From assembly GCA_012295275.1 (NCBI GenBank), contig CM022671.1, positions 27,032,001 through 27,096,000 on the forward strand: DNA of 64,000 nucleotides, read 5' to 3'. Shown piece by piece: positions 13,616-22,166 of this stretch. The translations under genes were made by a program, and so were the position numbers. Position 1 is the first letter of the stretch, and each line of letters starts with the position of its first letter. The stretch comes from Chrysomallon squamiferum (lineage: Eukaryota; Animalia; Mollusca). The notes below the pieces were generated by a model. The model made no database searches, had not been told where the DNA came from, and was given only the letters and a program-made list of their open reading frames with translations.

Positions 13616-13688
13616 AGGTTCCGGCGAGGCTCGAACTCGCGACCTTCTGCGTGTGAAGCAGACGTGATAACCACTACACCACGAAACC
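13616..13688 (-). tRNA. tRNA-Val(CAC), unit 8
   Basis: Complete consensus copy. Confidence 0.95.
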
Positions 13689-13932
13689 GTCGTAATCTTA
13701 TTACTTCCTGGAAAACATTAAGACGTGCCAGTGATAATATAAGACTATACGAATTCGCCCAATAAAATGACACGATAAGTTACGTTAAAACTGTTTCTTG
13801 TTGCATTTGCAAGTTGCATCACTATCGATTATTTATTGTGAAAGCAGAGATTATAAAATATTTTATCAGGAAATCATCATTTCTTTTGCTCATAATTCAG
13901 ACACAGTTTACTGCGGAATTATAATACATGCA

Positions 13933-14005
13933 GGTTTCGTGGTGTAGTGGTTATCACGTCTGCTTAACACGCAGAAGGTCGCGAGTTCGAGCCTCGCCGA
14001 AACCT
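13933..14005 (+). tRNA. tRNA-Val(AAC), unit 8
   Basis: Complete consensus copy. Confidence 0.95.
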
Positions 14006-14750
14006 TGTTTTTCTTTTCTTTCTTTTTTAAATTATTCTGTTCCCATTACAATGAAACATTTAGTAATAAAAGAATGATATCTAAGTGAAGACAGAAACAT
14101 CAAACCAAGATTTACAATTCTGAATTGTTTTCGTATTCAGCAATAAAATCTGACAGTTAGTTAATTAAACTAGATAAAAAGACGAAAAGGAAAGTATTTC
14201 CTTAAAAAAGTATTCATTCAAAACATTTTATATCATTCCATTATCTTCAAGTCTGGTATGAATTACGATTTTTCTTCTAAGGAAAAGTCTTCTTATAGAA
14301 GTGAGTTTTCTTTATTATTTTAAACTTATCCTTGTCTGTAGTTATGAACTCTACTCAAACAAGTTTCGTTTAGACAGGTAAAAGCAGTTAACCTGCTTTA
14401 AATAATTCTTACAAACAATTTCGGGAAAATGTCTTTCTTTAACTTGAAACTCTTTGAGAAACAAGAGAGGTATGTTTATTAATTTCAGATCTCCGTTTTT
14501 GTTTTTCGTTTTTTTGATTTTTTGATTTTGATTTTTTTGTTTTTTGTAGGGGGGTCTTTTGGGGGCAGTGTAGTGATTTATACATTTTTACTGCTCTCAT
14601 TCCCATAGCTGCTGTTTTAATCAGTTAATTATTGAATAATGTTGGGTCACATATTAAATGGAAAAGTAATTTCTCTAGACGAAAACAAAATTCTCTAAAT
14701 TTCCATAACAAATGGGAGGAAAAAAGAAAAAAATCAGTGAAAAGTTTGCC

Positions 14751-14823
14751 AGGTTCCGGCGAGGCTCGAACTCGCGACCTTCTGCGTGTGAAGCAGACGT
14801 GATAACCACTACACCACGAAACG
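14751..14823 (-). tRNA. tRNA-Val(CAC), unit 9 (G1>C acceptor mismatch)
   Basis: 5' end reads CGTTTCG, breaking the 1-72 pair. Confidence 0.78.
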
Positions 14824-15067
14824 TTCGTAATCTTAATACTTCGTGGAAAACATTAAGACGTGCCAGTGATAATATAAGACTATACGAATGCGCCCAATAA
14901 AATGACACGATAAGTTACGTTAAAACTGTTTCTTGTTGCATTTGCAAGTTGCATCACTATCGATTATTTATAGTGAAAGCAGAGATTATAAAATATTTTA
15001 TCAGGAAATCATCATTTCTTTTGCTCATAATTATGACACAGTTTACTGCGGAATTATAATACATGCA

Positions 15068-15140
15068 GGTTTCGTGGTGTAGTGGTTATCACGTCTGCTT
15101 AACACGCAGAAGGTCGCGAGTTCGAGCCTCGCCGAAACCT
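15068..15140 (+). tRNA. tRNA-Val(AAC), unit 9
   Basis: Complete consensus copy. Confidence 0.95.
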
Positions 15141-15886
15141 TGTTTTTCTTTTCTTTCTTTTTTAAATTATTCTGTTCCCATTACAATGAAACATTTAGTA
15201 ATAAAAGAATGATATCTAAGTGAAGACAGAAACATCAAACCAAGATTTACAATTCTGAATTTTTTTCTTATTCGGCAATAAAATGTGACAGTTAGTTAAT
15301 TAAACTAGATAAAAAGACGAAAAGGAAAGTATTTCCTTAAAAAAGTATTCATTCAAAACATTTTATATCATTCCATTATCTTCAAGTCTGGTATGAATTA
15401 CGATTTTTCTTCTAAGGAAAAGTCTTCTTGTAGAAGTGAGTTTTCTTTATTATTTTAAACTTATCCTTGTCTGTAGTTATGAACTCTACTCAAACAAGTT
15501 TCGTTTAGACAGGTAAAAGCAGTTAACCTGCTTTAAATAATTCTTACAAACAATTTCGAGAAAATGTCTTTCTTTAACTTGAAACTCTTTGAGAAACAAG
15601 AGAGGTATGTTTATTAATTTCAGATCTCCGTTTTTGTTTTTGGTTTTTATTGATTTTTTTATTTTGATTTTTTTGTTTTTTGTACGGGGGTCTTTTGGGG
15701 GCAGTGTAGTGATTTATGGATTTTTACTGCTCTCATTCCCATAGCTGCTGTTTTAATCAGTTAATTATTGAATAATGTTGGGTCACATATTAAATGGAAA
15801 AGTAATTTTTCTAGACGAAAACAAAATTCTATAAATTTCCATAACAAATGGGAGGAAAAAAGAAAAAAATCAGTGAAAAGTTTGCC

Positions 15887-15959
15887 AGGTTCCGGCGAGG
15901 CTCGAACTCGCGACCTTCTGCGTGTGAAGCAGACGTGATAACCACTACACCACGAAACC
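15887..15959 (-). tRNA. tRNA-Val(CAC), unit 10
   Basis: Complete consensus copy. Confidence 0.95.
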
Positions 15960-16235
15960 GTCGTAATCTTATTACTTCCTGGAAAACATTAAGACGTGCC
16001 AGTGATAATATAAGACTATACGAATTCGCCCAATAAAAGGACACGATAAGTTACGTTAAAACTGTTTCTTGTTACATTTGCAAGTTGCATCACTATCGAT
16101 TATTTATAGTGAAAGCAGAGATTATAAAATATTTTATCAGGAAATCATCATTTCTTTTGCTCATAATTATGACACAGTTTACTGCGGAATTATAATACAT
16201 GCAGGTTTCGTGGTGTAGTGGTTATCACGTCTGCT

Positions 16236-16307
16236 CTCCGCGGCTGGAGTCGGGACGTTTCCCCCACGGGAACGAACCCCGGCTTGAGAGAAAAAAAAAA
16301 AAAAAAA
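16236..16307 (+). other. Unidentified 55-nt GC-rich hairpin-forming segment followed by A17, at the 5' end of the insert
   Basis: ctccgcggctggagtcgggacgtttcccccacgggaacgaaccccggcttgagag+A17. gagtcggg pairs with cccggctt, and cgtt(t)ccc pairs with gggaacg around a ccac loop. Confidence 0.8.
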
Positions 16308-17472
16308 GAGTGGAACGGAAGTGGATGTAACAAAGATGAAAGATTCCGAGCGTCCCAGTACCTAATTGGTCTGGTACAAGAGAGGAATGGAAGAGCTAAG
16401 ACTGAAGTAATAGATGAAGATGGTAAAGACTCAGATACTCGAAGGAAAAAGGCTGAGTTTATGAAATTTCTCACTGAAGAGGACTGTGAGGACACAGAAA
16501 AGCAGTATGAGGCAGCTGACACATGTAAACAACTGTTCAGACTCTCTGATGCTAGTGGCAGTTTGCAGTTTTCTCTGGAAAAAGAAGGCACTGTTACCAA
16601 AGGTGACTTTGACAGCAAGGATGTGTTTATCTTTGACACAAAGCAGCAGCTCTTTGTGTGGATAGGTAAACAGACAAGTCCAGAAGAAAAGAAGAATGCA
16701 CTTGTTTATGCTCACAAATATCTGATGAAGTCAGATCATCCACTTGTACCAGTGAGCTGTCTGAAGGAGGAAAGACCAAACCACGCGTTCCTTAGTGCCA
16801 TCGCAGCCTGAGCCAGAAACACTGAAACAATTTATTTTTAACCGTTGATCTTTGGTGAAATGTTTATCATTATGTTCATTGGTACCCTCGCAACTTGAAC
16901 TAGATAAACAGAAACATTTTATCTTTAACTGTGAACTTTGGTGAAATGGTTATAATTATGAAACTATTATTAACTTGTGAATTAAATTGCAATTCTAACA
17001 TCATTGTCTTATGATATTGTTAAAACACTTTAAAATGTAAAACAACTTGCTAAATACTGTTTCACTGGTAATCACGTTTTGAAAACATTTTATTATCTTG
17101 GTTGGGGAGATGAAAAATTTATTAATTTGTCTAGTTGTTATTAATTCTTTTTGTTTCTGGTATTTTACAAATTTTGTTAATAGAAAACAACTCCTGTTTT
17201 CAGTTAGTTCATGGAAATCTTGTAATGAAAACCATGAGCCAACAATAACTTTTAGATGTCATAATAAAAACAGATTATAACATCACACTCAACGTTTTTA
17301 GGTTGGTTGCTCAAAGAATATATTAGAACAAGAAATCAAATAGTTGGAAAAATACATTTTTAATATTACATACATACATTTTAAATTGTTCTCCTGTACA
17401 AAAATATATAAATACCTTGTTATGAAGAAAAAGAGTAATAAATGTTTTTAATCTAAAAAAAAAAAAAAAAAA
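16308..17472 (+). pseudogene. 5'-truncated processed retrocopy of a gelsolin-like (gelsolin/severin family) mRNA
   Basis: Uninterrupted intronless frame 16308-16811 (WNGSGCNKDERFRA...QLFRLSDASGSL...DSKDVFIFDTKQQLFVWIGKQTSPEEKKNAL, gelsolin-repeat motifs), 3'UTR, AATAAA 17437-17442, A18 17455-17472, then the TSD. Confidence 0.93.
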
Positions 17473-18273
17473 GTTATCACGTCTGCTTAACACGCAGAAG
17501 GTCGCGAGTTCGAGCCTCGCCGAAACCTTGTTTTTCTTTTCTTTCTTTTTTAAATTATTCTGTTCCCATTACAATGAAACATTTAATAATAAAAGAATGA
17601 TATCTAAGTGAAGACAGAAACATCAAACCAAGATTTACAATTCTGAATTGTTTTCGTATTCAGCAATAAAATCTGACAGTTAGTTAATTAAACTAGATAA
17701 AAAGACGAAAAGGAAAGTATTTCCTTAAAAAAGTATTCATTCAAAACATTTTATATCATTCCATTATCTTCAAGTCTGGTATGAATTACGATTTTTCTTC
17801 TAAGGAAAAGTCTTCTTATAGAAGTGAGTTTTCTTTATTATTTTAAACTTATCCTTGTCTGTAGTTATGAACTCTACTCAAACAAGTTTCGTTTAGACAG
17901 GTAAAAGCAGTTAACCTGCTTTAAATAATTCTTACAAACAATTTCGGGAAAATGTCTTTCTTTAACTTGAAACTCTTTGAGAAACAAGAGAGGTATGTTT
18001 ATTAATTTCAGATCTCCGTTTTTGTTTTTCGTTTTTTTGATTTTTTGATTTTGATTTTTTTGTTTTTTGTAGGGGGGTCTTTTGGGGGCAGTGTAGTGAT
18101 TTATACATTTTTACTGCTCTCATTCCCATAGCTGCTGTTTTAATCAGTTAATTATTGAATAATGTTGGGTCACATATTAAATGGAAAAGTAATTTCTCTA
18201 GACGAAAACAAAATTCTCTAAATTTCCATAACAAATGGGAGGAAAAAAGAAAAAAATCAGTGAAAAGTTTGCC

Positions 18274-18346
18274 AGGTTCCGGCGAGGCTCGAACTCGCGA
18301 CCTTCTGCGTGTGAAGCAGACGTGATAACCACTACACCACGAAACC
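18274..18346 (-). tRNA. tRNA-Val(CAC), unit 11
   Basis: Complete consensus copy; its upstream flank is interrupted by the H1 retrocopy. Confidence 0.93.
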
Positions 18347-18390
18347 GTCGTAATCTTATTACTTCCTGGAAAACATTAAGACGTGCCAGT

Positions 18391-19519
18391 AGTACTTCGT
18401 AAAGCGGTTGCCGTGTGTTCGTTACTGAATTTCAGTTAAATCTTCGTAGAAAACTTTAGATATCGAAAATGTCTGATGCAGCAGTAGCAGCAGTACCTAC
18501 TCCAAAGGTGAAAACACCCAAGAAAAAGAGTACGAAGCCAAAGACGCCGTCCGAACATCCTAAATACAGCCAAATGATTAAAGAAGCGATTGTTGCTCTA
18601 AAGGAAAAAGGCGGTTCGTCTAGACAAGCAATCCTGCAGTATGTTGTGAAGCATTACAAGGTAACCGACGAGAAAACTGTCAACCAACATTTGAAAATGG
18701 CACTGAGGGCTGGAGTGAAAAACAACAGTTTAAAACACGCTAAAGGATCGGGCGCCTCCGGATCTTTCAAACTCGGAGAAACAAAAACACCCAAAGTGAA
18801 GAAGCCAGCAGCTAAAAAAGTAAAGAAACCGAAGACTGCCAAACCCAAGAAAGTCACGAAGACAAAATCGCCCAAAAAGCCCAAGACAGCTAAACCGAAA
18901 AAGGCCAAGGAAGCAAAGCCTAAGGTAAAGAAATCACCCAAAAAGGCAGCGAAACCCAAAGTCACAAAGGCTGCAGCAGCAAAACCTAAAGTAAAGAAGC
19001 CCAAGACGCCCAAAAAGGCAGCGAAGAAGTAAACCAACAAAAATGTTAAGAGGTGCAATGGACATTCATTATTTATCAGTGGTTTCCTGACAGTACAGAT
19101 CTGCGTGTGTTCGTTTCTAGGATATTCTTACGTCAACAACATTTATATTGATGTGACGAGGTGACTATAGTCTGCGGAGAGAAAATAGTGTGAATGAACT
19201 GGATGACAAGATTTTTAGAACGTTTTTCATTTCTGAAAGTTACAAACTTCATCATATTGTTAATCTTTCATGGACCATCGGTGTACATATAATTCATAAA
19301 AAAAAAAAGTGTCATTTTTATACAAACTTTGTTTAAATATTCTTTTGTTTTGTTTAAAAAAAAAAGAAGAAAAATAGTGCTTCATAGACCTTAGAGATAA
19401 ACAATGTTTACCATTTTGAAAATGGGACACAATTCTGTATCATTATATGTATGAAACTGAGAGTGTTATAACTAATCATCATTAAATATTATCTGTTTAC
19501 ATTTGAAAAAAAAAAAAAA
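18391..19519 (+). other. Processed retrocopy of a polyadenylated histone H1 mRNA
   Basis: 13-bp TSD aagacgtgccagt at 18378-18390 and 19520-19532 (leading As ambiguous with the tail); 78-nt 5'UTR, ORF, 3'UTR, ATTAAA 19481-19486, poly(A) from 19506. Confidence 0.95.
18469..19032 (+). CDS. H1: Linker histone H1 (H1.0/H1-delta-like replication-independent type), intact 187-aa ORF within the retrocopy
   Basis: Globular domain HPKYSQMIKEAIVALKEKGGSSRQAI...GSGASGSFKL, K/A/P-rich tail with S/TPKK motifs; no histone 3' stem-loop; poly(A) tail present. Confidence 0.93.
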   Translation: MSDAAVAAVPTPKVKTPKKKSTKPKTPSEHPKYSQMIKEAIVALKEKGGSSRQAILQYVVKHYKVTDEKTVNQHLKMALRAGVKNNSLKHAKGSGASGSFKLGETKTPKVKKPAAKKVKKPKTAKPKKVTKTKSPKKPKTAKPKKAKEAKPKVKKSPKKAAKPKVTKAAAAKPKVKKPKTPKKAAKK

Positions 19520-19732
19520 AAGACGTGCCAGTGATAATATAAGACTATACGAATGCGCCCAATAAAAGGACACGATAAGTTACGTTAAAACTGTTTCTTG
19601 TTGCATTTGCAAGTTGCATCACTATCGATTATTTATAGTGAAAGCAGAGATTATAAAATATTTTATCAGGAAATCATCATTTCTTTTGCTCATAATTATG
19701 ACACAGTTTACTGCGGAATTATAATACATGCA

Positions 19733-19805
19733 GGTTTCGTGGTGTAGTGGTTATCACGTCTGCTTAACACGCAGAAGGTCGCGAGTTCGAGCCTCGCCGA
19801 AACCT
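19733..19805 (+). tRNA. tRNA-Val(AAC), unit 11
   Basis: Complete consensus copy. Confidence 0.95.
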
Positions 19806-20003
19806 TGTTTTTCTTTTCTTTCTTTTTTAAATTTTTCTGTTCCCATTACAATGAAGCATTTAGTAATTAAAGAATTATATCTAACTGGAAATAGAAACAT
19901 CAAATATTTTTTTGAAACGTTTTTTCTATACTAGTGTCTATTTGTCATTTAATTCCAGCTAGATAAAATATCTCTCTCTCTCTCTGCCAAAAAGTTAAAA
20001 AAG

Positions 20004-20042
20004 GGTTATCATGCCTGCTTTACATGCAAAAGGTCACGAGTT
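20004..20042 (+). pseudogene. Decayed tRNA-Val(TAC) fragment (nt 17-55)
   Basis: ggttatcatgcctgctttacatgcaaaaggtcacgagtt differs from the 4193 gene at 5 positions, 3 of them CpG transitions. Confidence 0.75.
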
Positions 20043-20270
20043 GTGATGTGATGAGGAACAAAGTGAAACAGAAGAAAGTAAGTAACAGAATAAGAATTCT
20101 GGATGAAGCTGACAGTGGAAGTCCCGCATAAACAGACGAAAGTCTTGTTGTTGTTTTTTCAGTGTGTATCTAATGACTTTGAAAATCTTTCACATGTAAT
20201 GTATGCTAAATATTTTCGTAAGACATCGCTCTTTACGACTTCACAGGAATACTGGAATGTTGTATATAAC

Positions 20271-20348
20271 GGTTTCGTGGTGTAGTGGTTATCAACTAAA
20301 AAACATGAAAACTAAAACGGAGATCTGAAATTAATAAAATTACCTCTT
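20271..20348 (+). pseudogene. tRNA-Val 5' fragment (nt 1-24) joined to an inverted piece of the array spacer
   Basis: ggtttcgtggtgtagtggttatca at 20271-20294, then aaactaaaacggagatctgaaattaataaaa, the reverse complement of the spacer motif ttttattaatttcagatctccgttttagttt. Confidence 0.8.
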
Positions 20349-21748
20349 GGTAGAATCCCATTTCGTAGAATGGCTAAATGTGGTTCAGTGGTCTTATTGA
20401 CATGTTTGGTTTTACCTCAGTCATTATAATGAACTGCTCCAGATTATTTGGAAAGCGATTATTATTGTATAAATACAGTAATATTTCACTTAATGATACC
20501 ACGCTTTAACAATCTTTCTTCTTTACAAATTATATAAATAGAAATTTAATTTAATAGTTAATTGCTCGAAATAAATGATACAAATGTATACAGTGCATGT
20601 TTTTAAGTCCTTTTTCTTTAATTTTTCGTTCATTCACGAGCTTCTCTCAGTTGTGTTGATCAGTTGACACGTCATATGTGCATCTGATATTCTGATTCTC
20701 TTTTGTCTTCTGCTTCGATTTAGACTTAAACTTGTTTGTAATTTACCCTTCCAATATGTCAAAACGAATAACAGTATACCGGCAAATGCTGATGATAAAA
20801 GAAAGGGAAGATAATAACTTTAGAAACAAAATACATTATCTTAAATGAAACCAAAACCCACAATCAGCGGCATATACTTATTTCTTAATGTATTTGTATA
20901 AATTAATTTGTAAATGATTTACTGTTTATTTAATATCTACAATCTATTAAATCATTTATGTCTAAACTGCCGTTTTATTTCTCCTTATTTCAGCTTTTTT
21001 TTTTATGTCAGATCTCATCAGCGAGAAAGTAACCACTGCTTTTAACCTTAATTCTATGTAAATTAGTCTCCCGCTTACCTAACTTAATTATTGGAAGTTT
21101 TGGAACCAATATCATCTTTAATCTGAGGTATTATTGTAGTATGGATATTGCTTATCGCATAAAGTATGACAAATATCGAAATAATCTATGTATCGAATAT
21201 AGTGAATGTAAATAATTAAAAAAGAAGGTATTTATCTAAAAGTATTCCCAATGATTTGGTCCTTCGTATAAACTTTTTCAGTCATAGCCAAAGTATTTGC
21301 AGGTCATAATATCTTTAGTGTACACACTATTAATATACTATGTCACATATATTGTATAATATGTGCACAATGTGAATATGTATGTGTGCAAACGTAAATA
21401 TGATCAGTAACAGATATCTTGTACATGTTTAAGCTGAATACGGTTGAATTCGAAAAGTTAATGATAAATGTAACGTTCAAATACTCTATTTACTGAATAT
21501 AAGTAAATTACTCATATGTAAAATATGTTTTGTTAAAAATTATATTTGCTGAATTAGTTATTTATAATATTTTTGTCGTATTCTCTTACAGAAGCAAGCC
21601 ATTTTTCTTTTCTTTCATTCTTTTTTCGTTTTGTATTTTAATAGATAGATGAAATTGATGTAAAATTGTTTATTATTGGTTGCTTGTTTTGTAACGGAAA
21701 TGAAATGTTTATGAATTAGAAATGACCAGTTTAAAAAAAAAAAAAATA

Positions 21749-21779
<31 letters not shown>

Positions 21780-22166
21780 GTAACAGTAATTATAATAAGA
21801 AGAATAAGAAGAATAACAATAATAATAATAATAACAACAATAATAATAGTAATAATATTATAATAATAATAATAATGTTGATGATGATAATTATGATGAT
21901 GATAATGAGAAGGAGGAAGATGATGAAATAATGAAAAAGTAACAAATCAACAACAAATGAGTTGTGAATGCTTATTCTGCTTTCGGTTGATGTTACATAA
22001 TCGATTTAGGAACAATGCGCTCCCCATCTGAATGTTAGAAAGAAACCAGATGTATGCACAGGCCAAGTTCATTATATACAGAGGTTATCAGGTATTGCGG
22101 TAAACCAGGTTTTTCTACGAAATGGGAATTATACGAACTGGGAATCTACCAAATGGGAAGACACCC
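20347..22166. mobile_element. Possible decayed non-autonomous DNA transposon with repetitive inverted termini
   Basis: ttggtagaatcccatttcgtagaa (20347-20370) is inverted relative to ttctacgaaatgggaattatacgaactgggaatctaccaaatggg (from 22113). The left end is truncated and no TSD is visible. Confidence 0.35.

Larger units (their letters stand above)
16204..17528 (+). pseudogene. tRNA-Val(AAC), unit 10, split by a 1237-bp retro-insertion
   Basis: tRNA nt 1-32 at 16204-16235 and nt 18-73 at 17473-17528; 15-bp TSD gttatcacgtctgct at 16221-16235 and 17473-17487. Confidence 0.96.
5407..19904. repeat. Tandem array of 11 ~1135-bp units, each with a divergent tRNA-Val(CAC)/tRNA-Val(AAC) pair
   Basis: CAC genes at 5713, 6847, 7988, 9128, 10210, 11344, 12482, 13616, 14751, 15887 and 18274. 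Spacing is 1134-1141 except across the deletion (1082) and the insertion (2387). Spacers are near-identical. Confidence 0.97.

Noticed and set aside
5586-16044. Repeated 60-115-aa ORFs (MSFYWAHS..., MQVSWCSG..., MGGKKKK...) in every array unit
   Set aside because: They are translations across the tRNA genes; their lengths vary with homopolymer indels, so there is no coding constraint.
16218-16811. 197-aa ORF fusing tRNA half, hairpin, poly-Lys and gelsolin in one frame
   Set aside because: It starts at GTG inside the tRNA, with no ATG before the gelsolin interior and no Pol II promoter; frame continuity is a plausible chance result.
18654-19058. 134-aa hydrophobic minus-strand ORF
   Set aside because: Antisense shadow of the Lys/Ala/Pro-rich H1 tail.
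16236-19519. Inserts as cDNA contamination or misassembly
   Set aside because: Exact TSDs matching the uninterrupted unit sequence on both sides, and unit-length arithmetic that closes exactly, argue for real insertions.
16236-19532. Both inserts add roughly one array-unit length (1252 and 1142 bp vs ~1135)
   Set aside because: Only two events, and ~1.2 kb is an ordinary retrocopy length; treated as coincidence.
5407-19904. CRISPR-like interpretation (repeats with captured spacers)
   Set aside because: Eukaryotic DNA with ~1.1-kb units and identical spacers, no cas genes; the inserts have poly(A) and TSDs typical of target-primed reverse transcription.
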